From: Nitrospirota bacterium
Lineage (GTDB): Bacteria > Nitrospirota > Thermodesulfovibrionia > Thermodesulfovibrionales > JdFR-86
Direction of reading: 5' to 3'
Assembly (NCBI GenBank): GCA_963721805.1
Contig: CAVRJY010000001.1
Span: 576,001-640,000, forward strand
DNA length: 64,000 nt
Both the position numbers and the translations under genes were made by a program. Of the stretch, positions 9,743-19,612 are shown piece after piece (positions within the stretch are counted from its first letter, which is position 1; every line of letters starts with the position of its first letter). The notes beneath the pieces are model-generated. The model saw only the letters and a program-made list of their open reading frames with translations, searched no databases and had not been told where the DNA came from.

Positions 9743-11220
9743 AAGGTGCGCGCGCGGATATGGCGGTAGGGCTGTTCGCGGTCGCGGTCATCGCCGTCCT
9801 CGCCCTGATGACGTTCAAGGTCGGGGGGTTCATGTTCGGGGGGAAGAGCGGCTACAGGCTTTACGTGATATTCAATAACACCGGTGGGCTCGACGAGAAG
9901 AGCCGCATCAAGATCGCCGGTGTCGATGCCGGGATGGTCGAGAAGATCAGCCTAGATGACGGCCGCGCAAAGCTCACCCTGCGCATCAATAAGGACATCA
10001 AAATTTACTCCGACGCCTCCGCTTACATACGCTCTTCCGGCCTGCTGGGGGACAAATACCTCGAAATCAATGTGGGCTCCAGGCTCCCGCTGCTCAAAGA
10101 CGGCGACTACATCCCTGCCGCGCACGAGATGGCGGACATTGATGACCTTGTGCGCAACCTGACGTCCGCCTCGGCCAACCTGATGGGTCTGATCTCGGAC
10201 CTCAACCAGCCCCAGCTGAAAGAGAACCTCCGTGAGACGATCGAGAACATGAAATACATTACCGAGGACCTGCGCGGCACCCTCTCGTCCAACAAAGGCG
10301 GCATCAGCTCGGTTATCTCGAAGATCGACCACCTGGCGACCACCCTAGATTCGCTGGCTACGGAGAACCGCTACGCCCTCACCAACACGATAAACAACTT
10401 CGACGCGTTCTCGGCGAACCTGAAGGCCGAGACCCCGGAACTCATCAAACAGCTCAGCGAGGCCTCCATCGCGCTCAAGACCGTCATGAACAAGGCCGAG
10501 CCCATAGTGGCCAACACCTCGACGGGCATCTCAACGTTCTTCGGCACCGCAAACGATATCGCCAACAAGGTCGACAGCGGCCAGGGCACCATCGGCAAAC
10601 TGATCAACGACACCAAGCTCTATAACTCGATCACCAACACCGTGGACAGCCTGCAGTACATGCTGACCAGCGTCAACCGCTTCCATACGTTCGTCAGGAT
10701 GGACGGGCTGTACCTGAGCAAACTCAAGGACTCCCAGGGGAACTTCTACGTCACGCTCCAGCCGGTGCCCGACAAATATTACGTATTGGGCGTTTCGAGC
10801 GACCCGCTGGGCATTTCCACTACGACAATAAGGAGGAAGGACGGTGTCGTCTCGCGAGTTAAAAAGACCACCTCCGACGTTACATTCACGGCCCAGTTCG
10901 CCAAGCGATATGACAATACGGCCTTGCGGCTGGGTTTAAAACAAAACTCATTCGGGGCCGGCGCCGACCAGTTTTTCCTGAACGACAAGCTTAAGGTCTC
11001 GGCCGACGCCTGGGACTTCAGCGAGCACGAATACAGGTCCACGAACCCTCACGTGCGCGTCGGTGCGGACCTTTTCGTGTTTAAGAACATCTTCGTCTCC
11101 GGGGGCTATGACAACCCGTTTAACTCCCGCACCGGAGGCCCGTACCTGGGCGCCGGGGTGAGCTTCGAGGACGAAGACCTCAAATACCTCCTGAGTTCGA
11201 TGCCCAGGATTACCCCCTGA
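9739..11220 (+). CDS. mlaD: MlaD/MCE-family protein with long helical and C-terminal beta region
   Basis: N-terminal TM, MCE motif GLDEKSRIKIAGVDAG...SGLLGDKYLEI. Confidence 0.85.
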   Translation: MKGARADMAVGLFAVAVIAVLALMTFKVGGFMFGGKSGYRLYVIFNNTGGLDEKSRIKIAGVDAGMVEKISLDDGRAKLTLRINKDIKIYSDASAYIRSSGLLGDKYLEINVGSRLPLLKDGDYIPAAHEMADIDDLVRNLTSASANLMGLISDLNQPQLKENLRETIENMKYITEDLRGTLSSNKGGISSVISKIDHLATTLDSLATENRYALTNTINNFDAFSANLKAETPELIKQLSEASIALKTVMNKAEPIVANTSTGISTFFGTANDIANKVDSGQGTIGKLINDTKLYNSITNTVDSLQYMLTSVNRFHTFVRMDGLYLSKLKDSQGNFYVTLQPVPDKYYVLGVSSDPLGISTTTIRRKDGVVSRVKKTTSDVTFTAQFAKRYDNTALRLGLKQNSFGAGADQFFLNDKLKVSADAWDFSEHEYRSTNPHVRVGADLFVFKNIFVSGGYDNPFNSRTGGPYLGAGVSFEDEDLKYLLSSMPRITP

Positions 11221-11388
11221 TTACCCCGGCCTCCGGCCTTCGTAGGATAAGGGGTATAACGGCAGTCGGGGGATAAGGGGGCAGCGCGCCCTGAGAAAAG
11301 GGGTTCGTGACCCGCCTGCGTCTTTCCAAACCCCAGTATTTATGCTTATAATAGATATTGGACTATTGTGTCCATACATATATAGACA

Positions 11389-13113
11389 ATGGCGGACCAA
11401 AAAGGCATAAAGACTCAAATTACGCCTCTTGCTGCGGCGGCCTCCTCGCGTCCGCGCATCGGCGAGATCCTCCTCGGGCACGGCCACATCACCGATTCCG
11501 AACTCCAGCGCGCGCTCGAGCTGCGCAACGCTCCGGGTGAGACGCGGCGCCTGGGCGAGGTCCTACAGGGCATGTCGCTCACCGAGCAGCAGCTCGCCGA
11601 GGGCCTGTCCAGGCAGTTCGGCATCCCGATGCTCACGGAGGAGATGATCCCCGAGCATATGCCGCTTGAGAGGGTGTCATTCGAGTTCCTGCGCCGAAAC
11701 TCGGTGCTTCCTGTCTCGGTCGAGGGCTCCACGTTAACGGTGGCGGTCTCGGACCCCACTGATTCGGCGTGCATCGAGAGCCTGCGAGCTTCATACGATC
11801 TGGGTATCAGGACGCTCATGTCCACCCGCACCGCCATAGCCGACGCCCTCCAGAGGCTCCAGAGTTCCCAGGAGACTGTTATGCAGAAGCTCCTGGAGGA
11901 CGTGGACGAGAAAGACATGTCCATGGAGGTCGACGGCGAAGTCAGTCACCTGAAGGACCTGGCGCAGGAGAAGGGCATAATAAGCCTGGTCAATCACGTC
12001 ATCGAGCGCGCGACGCTGGAGCGCGCCAGCGACATACACGTCGAGCCCTCCGAGACCTCCGTGCGCATCCGCTACCGTATAGACGGCATCCTCTACGAGC
12101 GCGAGACCCTGCCCATAAAAATGCAGGCGGCCCTCTCGTCGAGGATAAAGCTCCTTTCGAACATGAACATCGCAGAGCGAAGATTGCCGCAGGACGGCCG
12201 CATGAGGGGGCGCTTCGGCGGCCGCGAACTCGACATGCGCGTCTCGACCCTCCCGACCATATACGGCGAGAGCATAGTCATGAGGCTCCTCGACAAGGAC
12301 GCCAAGACGATCACGCTCGAAGACCTCGGCTATGACGAAATGCTCCTCGGCAAATACGCCGAGATGATCAAGAAGCCATACGGCATGATACTGATCACCG
12401 GGCCCACGGGCGCGGGCAAGACCACCACGCTTTACGCATCGCTTGAGAAGATCAACTCCTCTGAAAAGAAGATCATCACTATCGAGGAGCCTGTGGAGTA
12501 CATACTCAAGGGCATAAACCAGATCCAGGTGCGGACGAAGATCGGGCTGACGTTCGCAAACGGGCTGCGCTCGATCGTCCGGCAGGACCCGGACGTGATC
12601 ATGGTCGGCGAGATCAGGGACCTCGAGACCGCCTCCATCTCCATACACGCCTCGCTTACCGGGCACCTGCTGTTCAGCACGCTTCACACCAACGACGCCG
12701 CCAGCGCGATCGCGCGCCTCATCGACATGGGCGTGGAGCACTACCTCGTGAGTTCGACCCTGATAGGGGTCGTGGCCCAGAGGCTCGTGCGCCGCCTCTG
12801 CCCCAACTGCAGGAGCGAGCACCCTGTGCCCGAAGACCTGACAGCGGTGCTCGGCGAGGGCGTCAAGACGGTCTGGCGCGGCGAGGGCTGCGACAACTGC
12901 ATGCACACGGGCTACAAGGGCCGCGTGGGCATATTCGAAATCCTCATGGTGGACGCCGAGATCAAGGAACTCATCATGGCCAAGGCCAACGCAAGCGAGA
13001 TCAAGAACGAGGCCGTGAAGCTCGGCATGCGCACGCTGCGCGAGGACGGCCTCGAGAAGATACGCTCGGGTCTCACCACGGTCGACGAGGTCATGAGAGT
13101 GACCTATGCGTAA
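11389..13113 (+). CDS. gspE: Type II secretion ATPase GspE (N-terminal MshEN-like RIGEIL/RLGEVL motifs)
   Basis: ASDIHVEP, RLPQDG, Walker A TGPTGAGKTT, RQDPDVIMVGEIRD, CPNC/CDNC zinc motif. Confidence 0.92.
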   Translation: MADQKGIKTQITPLAAAASSRPRIGEILLGHGHITDSELQRALELRNAPGETRRLGEVLQGMSLTEQQLAEGLSRQFGIPMLTEEMIPEHMPLERVSFEFLRRNSVLPVSVEGSTLTVAVSDPTDSACIESLRASYDLGIRTLMSTRTAIADALQRLQSSQETVMQKLLEDVDEKDMSMEVDGEVSHLKDLAQEKGIISLVNHVIERATLERASDIHVEPSETSVRIRYRIDGILYERETLPIKMQAALSSRIKLLSNMNIAERRLPQDGRMRGRFGGRELDMRVSTLPTIYGESIVMRLLDKDAKTITLEDLGYDEMLLGKYAEMIKKPYGMILITGPTGAGKTTTLYASLEKINSSEKKIITIEEPVEYILKGINQIQVRTKIGLTFANGLRSIVRQDPDVIMVGEIRDLETASISIHASLTGHLLFSTLHTNDAASAIARLIDMGVEHYLVSSTLIGVVAQRLVRRLCPNCRSEHPVPEDLTAVLGEGVKTVWRGEGCDNCMHTGYKGRVGIFEILMVDAEIKELIMAKANASEIKNEAVKLGMRTLREDGLEKIRSGLTTVDEVMRVTYA

Positions 13114-14029
13114 CAATGAACGGGGCGTGGTACTGCTGATGGCCATGTGGGCGCTCGTCATGCTCTCGGTGGTCGCGCTTAATTTCTCCCTCTCCACCCG
13201 CGCTGGTTCGGCCGGGGCGCGGAATTTCAAGGAGGACACCAGGGCTTATTACCTCGCCGAGTCAGTATACGAGGAGGCCGTAAATTACCTGCTCGCAGAC
13301 AGCGAGAGGGCGTATGACTATATGGACGAGGATGGCAACCTGCACGTCGACGATGAGCACCCGCCCATCAGCGGCGAGCGCGAGGTAGAGGGCGCCAAGG
13401 TAGTGCTGAACATCACGGACGAGGAATCCCGCCTGAACGTCAACAACATTAACGCGGCCACGATGACGAAGCTCCTCGAATACACCGGGGCGCCGACGGA
13501 CGAGGTGGCCACCATGATGGACTCTCTCGCGGACTGGATGGACAATGACGATATACCGCGTCCCTCCGGCGCCGAGGACGACTACTACGAGCCATTCGGG
13601 TACAAGACAAAGCCCGGCAGGCTTGAGACCCCGCAGGAGTTGCTGCTGATCAAAGGGTTCACGCCCGGTTACGTATACGGCAGCGACCGCAACCCCGGGC
13701 TCTACCCGCTGCTGACGACATGGGGCGACGGCTCGATAAACGTCAACACCGTATCCGAAGACCTGCTGAGCGCGCTTGGCCTCAGCGCGGTCGAGATAGA
13801 CGGCATCATAGGGCACCGCCCCCTGAAGTCGCTGCCAGGAGGCTTGCGCATCCCGGCAAAGACCACCTCGTCGTTTTTCAGGATCGATGTCGCGACCACG
13901 ATGCCGATGAGCGCCCAGACCGTGCGCATAACGGCAGTCGTCAAGCGCGAGGCCTCCAAGGACAATAAGGACGTGTACAAGGCAACGCCCGTATACTGGA
14001 GGGAAGACGTTGAAAACAGCGGGGCTTAA
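13106..14029 (+). CDS. gspK: Type II secretion minor pseudopilin GspK
   Basis: Prepilin N-terminus ERG/VVLLMAMWAL, DEESRLNVN, LADWMDND, INVNT. Confidence 0.88.
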   Translation: MRNNERGVVLLMAMWALVMLSVVALNFSLSTRAGSAGARNFKEDTRAYYLAESVYEEAVNYLLADSERAYDYMDEDGNLHVDDEHPPISGEREVEGAKVVLNITDEESRLNVNNINAATMTKLLEYTGAPTDEVATMMDSLADWMDNDDIPRPSGAEDDYYEPFGYKTKPGRLETPQELLLIKGFTPGYVYGSDRNPGLYPLLTTWGDGSINVNTVSEDLLSALGLSAVEIDGIIGHRPLKSLPGGLRIPAKTTSSFFRIDVATTMPMSAQTVRITAVVKREASKDNKDVYKATPVYWREDVENSGA

Positions 14030-15266
14030 CATCGAGGGCCTCAAGCTCGGGGTATCCGTGATGTCGCGGTCCATCGGCATGCTCTCGCATGTTAAATCCG
14101 AGGAATACGCCCTGCCCGCCGACCCAGTGGAACATCCCGCGTTCATTCGCGAGGTACTTCTGGCCCTTAAGGCCGAACACGGGATAAGCGGATTTTCGGT
14201 CGGCCTGGAGCTGGGGCTGTTCGCAGCGCGGATCGTGGAGCTGCCGTTTAAGGGCCGCGAGGATATCGCAAACGCCCTCGCCTTCGAACTCGAGACCCAG
14301 CTGCCGCTGCCGCCAGAGGAATACCGCTACGATTTTATGACCCTAAGCACATCCGGGGCTTCATCGACGAACCTCATCTTCGCGATTAAGCGCGACCGGC
14401 TGGCGTGGCTCGCCGAGTGCGTCGAGGAGACGGGGCTTAAGCTCCATTCGGTGCGCTGCGCCCAGATAGAGGCGCTCAACGAGCTCCTCTCGATCCGCGA
14501 TGCCCGCCACTCGCTGTTCGTACAGCGCGTCGGGGAGGGATTCCATATCATAGGGCTCGACGCCGGAAAGCCTGTTCTATTTTTGTCTGCCCACTCGTTG
14601 GATGAGGCAGTGGCCAAGGCGACCGAGCATGCGGCGGCATTCAAGGGGCTCTATGTCAGCGGGATCCCGGACCTCGCGCCGTTTGCAGGGCTTACCCCGG
14701 CTTCGGTTTCATACGACCTCGCCTCACTCGTTGCCGCTTCGGACCTCAGGCGCAAACCCATCAGGCTGAACTTCATACCCGAGGCCCTCGCCCCTAGAAG
14801 GCTGGACCTGTTCCCATACGTGGCGGCCGGGCTCGCGGCGCTCTGCGTGCTGCTGTACCTCACCACCTCGGTCGTGGCCTACTATAAGGAGAAACGGGCC
14901 CTCGACGGCGTGAATGCCTCGCTCCAGGACATGGAGAAGGCCTCGCACGAACTCCTGCAGACCAGGAAGGAGAGCGAGACGATCCTGGACAAGCGCCGCT
15001 TCCTCCAGGAGTTCGTGGCCCGCAGCAACAGGAAGATCGGGTACATAAGGGACCTCAGCACTGCGCTGCCCGATAGCGCATGGCTGGTCTCGCTCAATAT
15101 AGACGGCAAGGGCAGGGTCGAGATCGAGGGCTACGCCGAGAGGACCGCTGATATCATAGGGCCGCTCGAGCACTCAGGGGCCTTCAAGCACGTCGAGATC
15201 ACCGCCCCCGTGCTGCTGCGCGAGGGCCTCGAGAGGTTCTCCATCAGGATGGAGGTCGCCCAATGA
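14010..15266 (+). CDS. gspL: GspL/PilN-like assembly platform protein
   Basis: Actin-like N-terminal region, NFIP motif, TM helix and PilN-type C-terminal domain; T2SS operon context. Confidence 0.75.
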   Translation: MKTAGLNIEGLKLGVSVMSRSIGMLSHVKSEEYALPADPVEHPAFIREVLLALKAEHGISGFSVGLELGLFAARIVELPFKGREDIANALAFELETQLPLPPEEYRYDFMTLSTSGASSTNLIFAIKRDRLAWLAECVEETGLKLHSVRCAQIEALNELLSIRDARHSLFVQRVGEGFHIIGLDAGKPVLFLSAHSLDEAVAKATEHAAAFKGLYVSGIPDLAPFAGLTPASVSYDLASLVAASDLRRKPIRLNFIPEALAPRRLDLFPYVAAGLAALCVLLYLTTSVVAYYKEKRALDGVNASLQDMEKASHELLQTRKESETILDKRRFLQEFVARSNRKIGYIRDLSTALPDSAWLVSLNIDGKGRVEIEGYAERTADIIGPLEHSGAFKHVEITAPVLLREGLERFSIRMEVAQ

Positions 15267-15785
15267 GCCGCACGAGGCTCGTGCTGCTGGTGGCCCTTGC
15301 GGTCGTCGTCGGGGCCATGCTCCTGGCCGACAAGCTCGACACCGAGCGCGCCGCGCTTCACGAGACGCTCGTGGTCAACCACGCAACTTACGTCAAGAGG
15401 AAGGCGTTTATCCAGCGCACCCTGAAGGCCGGCTCCGAGATCAAGGCCGCGCTGGAGGACCTGCAAAAGAGCGAATCGAAGATCATACCGCAGTCAGACC
15501 CCTCGCTTGGGTTTGCGGCGCTGCAGGCCCGGGTGCAGGACATCGCGCAGGGCACGGGCATGCGGATTTTTGCGATCAGGCAGCTCCAGAGCGTCACGGC
15601 CAGGGGCTACATAACCCTGCCGATCTTCGTCGAGATGCGCGGGGACATCGAGACGTTCAGCGCCTTCCTGCGACAGCTTGCGGCCGGCGAGGACTTCATC
15701 GGCGATCGACAACATGAACGTCACCACCTCGCAAGAAGGCGTCTTGAGGGTGCGCATGCAGCTCTCGGGGCTCATGAAGCCATGA
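15263..15785 (+). CDS. gspM: GspM/PilO-like protein with an apparent +1 frameshift at about 15701
   Basis: Removing one G at 15701 gives ...EDFIAIDNMNVTTSQEGVLRVRMQLSGLMKP*, ending at a TGA that overlaps the next ATG (ATGA). Confidence 0.7.
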
Positions 15786-16309
15786 TAAGGAAACTGGCGA
15801 TAGTCCTGCTGCTGCTGGCCGGTGCCGGCGTGCTCGGGGCTAACTTCGTCCGAAACGGGCTGTATTTCGAGCCCCTAGCCTCGATGGGCCAGACCGCGGA
15901 AACCCCCGAGGCCGGCCGCGAGGCCCTGGCGAACTCCGAAGTCGGCTGGGGCGAGGAGATCGTCCAGCACAACCTCTTCGACCCGGACAGGGCCGAGCCG
16001 GTAAAGGCTTCGGAAAAGGCCCAGCCCGCGGCTGCCGCGGCCGCGGTCAAGGAGAAGGAGCAGCCAAAGATCGATCTTAGTGGTATAATACTCAATCAAT
16101 ACGGGGAACTTGTCGCGTATCTCGCGATAAACGGCACCGCGCCCCGCGAGGCGCGCAAGGGAGATACCATCGATGAGATCAGGGTGCTCGACGTTACAAA
16201 GAAGGATGTCGATCTAATGTGGGACGGGAAGCCCATCTCGCTCACGATGGAGAAGATAAGGACCGTGAAAGACAAGAAAGACATCACAGACGGGACGCCC
16301 TCCAGATGA
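15782..16309 (+). CDS. T2SS accessory membrane protein (GspC/PilP-like)
   Basis: Own start MIRKLAIVLLLL, NLFDPDR motif, LSGII...AYLAING...KGDTIDE beta domain; precedes the secretin. Confidence 0.6.
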   Translation: MIRKLAIVLLLLAGAGVLGANFVRNGLYFEPLASMGQTAETPEAGREALANSEVGWGEEIVQHNLFDPDRAEPVKASEKAQPAAAAAAVKEKEQPKIDLSGIILNQYGELVAYLAINGTAPREARKGDTIDEIRVLDVTKKDVDLMWDGKPISLTMEKIRTVKDKKDITDGTPSR

Positions 16310-18291
16310 GGCGCGCCATCATGGCCGTTTTAGCTCTGGCGCTCGCGCTGTCCGCGCTCTCGTGCGCCGCGCAAAAAGCTGTAAAACCCGAGCCCCAGAT
16401 GGCGGTGCCCGAGACCTTCAAGCTCCCGCCGGTCCTGCCTAAGCCAAAGTCCGCGCAGGCCGCCACTCAGACATCGCGAGTCGAACCTATACGCATCACT
16501 CAAGAAAAGGAAGAAAAATACATAGTCCTCAATTTCGACAACACGGACATCAAGACCATCATAGCCAGCTTCGGCGAACTGCTGAACATCAACTATGTGG
16601 TCTCCCCCGGCGTTACCGGAAACATCACCATACAGTCGTATAAGAAGATCCCGGTCTCCGAGCTCTTCCCGGTATTCCAGAGCATATTGGAATTAAACGG
16701 CCTGACAGCGATCAAAGACGGACCCTTCTACAAGATCGTTCCGATAGATTCCGCAAAGACCCAAAGCGTAGGGGTTGAGGGCGGCAAGGAGCTGAAGCTC
16801 GAGCTCGACTCGACGTTCGTAACGCAACTCGTGCCGCTTGAGCACATCAAGGCCAAGGACACGGAGGCTACCCTTGCGGGTTTCCTCCCCCGCGGGGCGA
16901 ATATCGTGGTCTACGAGCCCACGAACATGCTAATAATAACCGCGTTGCCCCCAACCATAGCGCGACTGATGAAGATCATCGAGGCCATCGACGTCGCTGA
17001 CATCGCGACCGAGTCCCCAAGGACCTATGTATATGACGTCGTAAACGGAGAGGCCAAGAAACTCGCCGACGTGCTGAAGTCCGTGCTCACAAGCGAGAAG
17101 GGCGCCGAGAAGCCCTCGACCTCGCCGGTAAGTGCTTTGAGGCCTCCCTCGACATTCCCGGCGCGCACTCCGGCCGCCCGGATGCCGATAACACCAGCCG
17201 CCACGCAGGCGCAGATCACGAGCGTCAATGCCGAGGGCATCTCGATCACCGCATACGAGGACATAAACGCTCTGATCATCAAGTGCTCACCCAAGGACTA
17301 CGTCGCGCTCCTTGACCTGCTGAGGCAGCTGGACCTCCCGCCAAAACAGGTCCTGATGGAGGTCATGATCGCCGAACTCACGCTCTCAGACGAGTTGAAC
17401 TTCGGGCTTGAATGGCTAGTGAAAAACAGCCATGGCAATCAATTCGGATCCCCAGGTGCCACCTTTGGCACGCCTGGCTCTGTGGGCATCAGCTCCTTCA
17501 CAGGATTCTCATCGCTGGTCTCGGGCGTGATCGACGACGCTGCCTTCCAGTCCATCCTATCCTTTGTCGAGGGTTCGAGCAAATTCAATATCGTCGCAAG
17601 CCCGTTGATCCTCGCTGTCGACAACAAAGATGCCGAGATCACGATCGGCAGCTCTGTGCCCGTTGCTACCGGCCTCAACCAGACGCAGTCGCTCGATACG
17701 ACCGTTGCCAACCCGACGCTGGTCTCCTCCGGTCAGATAGATTACAGAGACATCGGCACGATCCTTAAGATCACGCCGCACATAACCGAAAAGGGCAACG
17801 TCTCTCTAAGCATATACGTGGAATCAAGCAGTGTGGCCGATTCTCCGACCAAAATATCGGGAAATGACTTTACGGCCTTCAATAAACGCGACGCCAAGAC
17901 CAATGCGGTTGTGGGCGACGGCCATACGCTGTTCATCGGTGGCATAATAGACAACCAGGTCAACCAGTCCAATTCCGGTATACCGTTTCTGAGCAGGATT
18001 CCGATTATCGGACATCTGCTGATGAACCATGAACACATAAAAAAGGACAAAACGGAACTCCTCATAATGATTACGCCGCATGTGATCAGGGATCAGGAAA
18101 GCGCGGACGACCTGACCGAACGATATAAGAACAAGATAAGGGTCGTCGAGAAGGCTTTCTTAACCGGCGGCGACGATAAGGTCCTGCGCCAGTCCGATGC
18201 AGAGGAACGTGCCGAGCACAATCAGACAATCAAGTCCGAAGAAGCAGCAGAGCCTGCCACCCCGGCAGCCGCTCAGCCCGCGGCGAAGTAA
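16306..18291 (+). CDS. gspD: Type II secretion secretin GspD (lipoprotein)
   Basis: Lipobox ALSC, LNFDNTDI N0 domain, LDLPPKQVLMEVMIAE, GIPFLSRIPIIG...KTELLIMITPHVI. Confidence 0.93.
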   Translation: MRRAIMAVLALALALSALSCAAQKAVKPEPQMAVPETFKLPPVLPKPKSAQAATQTSRVEPIRITQEKEEKYIVLNFDNTDIKTIIASFGELLNINYVVSPGVTGNITIQSYKKIPVSELFPVFQSILELNGLTAIKDGPFYKIVPIDSAKTQSVGVEGGKELKLELDSTFVTQLVPLEHIKAKDTEATLAGFLPRGANIVVYEPTNMLIITALPPTIARLMKIIEAIDVADIATESPRTYVYDVVNGEAKKLADVLKSVLTSEKGAEKPSTSPVSALRPPSTFPARTPAARMPITPAATQAQITSVNAEGISITAYEDINALIIKCSPKDYVALLDLLRQLDLPPKQVLMEVMIAELTLSDELNFGLEWLVKNSHGNQFGSPGATFGTPGSVGISSFTGFSSLVSGVIDDAAFQSILSFVEGSSKFNIVASPLILAVDNKDAEITIGSSVPVATGLNQTQSLDTTVANPTLVSSGQIDYRDIGTILKITPHITEKGNVSLSIYVESSSVADSPTKISGNDFTAFNKRDAKTNAVVGDGHTLFIGGIIDNQVNQSNSGIPFLSRIPIIGHLLMNHEHIKKDKTELLIMITPHVIRDQESADDLTERYKNKIRVVEKAFLTGGDDKVLRQSDAEERAEHNQTIKSEEAAEPATPAAAQPAAK

Positions 18292-18300
18292 CCCCGATTA

Positions 18301-18351
18301 AAAACACCGAGGCCTCCGGCGGGACGATCCCTCCGGAGGCCTCGGTGTTTT
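18301..18351. terminator. Bidirectional intrinsic terminator between convergent gspD and pfk
   Basis: Perfect 19-bp arms AAAACACCGAGGCCTCCGG...CCGGAGGCCTCGGTGTTTT. Confidence 0.85.
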
Positions 18352-18358
18352 CACTATG

Positions 18359-19570
18359 CTAGAAGTGTCTTTCGATCTTGCCCTTGAGCTCGCTGAAGAC
18401 CGGCTTATACTCGACAGCCTTGCGGCCGAAGCAGACGCCGAGCGCCTCATACAGCGATATCTCGTCGAGGTCTACGTAGCGCTGCTTTATGACCTCGCTC
18501 GTGCTCTGGTAGAAGATCTCGTTGCCCCTGACGTCGACTACGGTAACGCCGTTTATCCCTGAGGTCATGAGCTTGACCGCTGCCGCTCCGGCCTCGAGGC
18601 CGAAGACCACGTCATAAGCTGAGCTCGCGCCCGAGCGCACGAGGTGCCCAGGGGTGACCTCGCGAATCTCGGGGCTTTCGTATACGCCGGGGACGAACAT
18701 GCCCACGTCCTTCATGAACTGCTTGACCTCGGGGTCAGGCTTCATGCGCGCCTCCAGCTGCTTGCGCACGTACTTCCCGGCGCCGGAGAGCTTGACGTGG
18801 CCGAAGGCATCGCGTTCGACCGAGTCGTCCGAGATGTTTTCGCCCCTTATGTCCTTCATGCCCTCGGCGGCGACTATAGTGTACGTCCCGGCCCTTACGT
18901 CGCTTGCGCGGATGCGGCTCATATAAAGCGACTTCATATGCGAGTAGACCGCGTCGAAGTCCACCGGGACCTCGGGCAGCAGGATGCAGTCCGCCTCGGC
19001 GCCAATGCCGCCCCTGTACGCTGTATGCCCGGCGTACCGGCCGAAGACCTCGATGACGAGGATGCGGTTGTGGCTCATGCCTGTGGTCTTGAGGTCGCGG
19101 ACCATGACGGCCACGCGGTTGATCGCCGAGTCGCCGCCGACGCTGTAGGACTGCAGGTCGAGGTCCATCGTCTTGGGGACGTGCACGCAGGATATGCCCT
19201 GTCCGCCCAGGTCCACCGTGACGCTCCCTGTGTCGTCGCCGCCGCTGATGATGAGGCCGTCGATGCCGAATTTTTTGAGTCCGTCCTTGATGCGCTGGTA
19301 CTTGTTCGGGTCGTCGATCTTCTTGATCTTGACTCGCGAGTGGCCTGCCTCGGAGCCCGCGACCGAGGCCTCGATCAGGCTCAGCCGCTCGGGGGTCATC
19401 TGGGTCAGTTTTTCCATGTCGAGCATGTTATAAAGGCCCGCGTAGCCGTTTGGTATGATGAAAGTCTCGATGCCCATCGATGCGGCCATCTTCGACACGC
19501 CCTTAATGACCGCGTTTAAGCCGCCGCAGTCGCCGCCGCTCGTAATGATGCCGAGTCTCTTTACCGCCAT
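18359..19570 (-). CDS. pfp: Phosphofructokinase, likely pyrophosphate-dependent
   Basis: TSGGDCGGLN, GGDDT and PKTMDLD carry the Asp/Lys pair associated with PPi specificity. Confidence 0.85.
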   Translation of the reverse strand: MAVKRLGIITSGGDCGGLNAVIKGVSKMAASMGIETFIIPNGYAGLYNMLDMEKLTQMTPERLSLIEASVAGSEAGHSRVKIKKIDDPNKYQRIKDGLKKFGIDGLIISGGDDTGSVTVDLGGQGISCVHVPKTMDLDLQSYSVGGDSAINRVAVMVRDLKTTGMSHNRILVIEVFGRYAGHTAYRGGIGAEADCILLPEVPVDFDAVYSHMKSLYMSRIRASDVRAGTYTIVAAEGMKDIRGENISDDSVERDAFGHVKLSGAGKYVRKQLEARMKPDPEVKQFMKDVGMFVPGVYESPEIREVTPGHLVRSGASSAYDVVFGLEAGAAAVKLMTSGINGVTVVDVRGNEIFYQSTSEVIKQRYVDLDEISLYEALGVCFGRKAVEYKPVFSELKGKIERHF

Positions 19571-19612
19571 ATTAGCGCTCCTCCTGTTTTATCCGTATGA
19601 TTGCGCGGCGGG

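Noticed and set aside
11207..11281. Short GATTACCCC and GGATAAGGGG duplications after mlaD
   Set aside because: Only two copies each of 9-10 bp; most simply a weak terminator-like region.
11791..13239. Long antisense ORFs (also 51841-53319, 56259-57578, 58338-59897 and others)
   Set aside because: Shadow frames of GC-rich genes with strong codon bias; no recognisable motifs.
15263..16309. Novel 348-aa GspM fusion protein from the ORF track
   Set aside because: Explained by a 1-bp insertion; the alternative frame restores two normal coupled genes.
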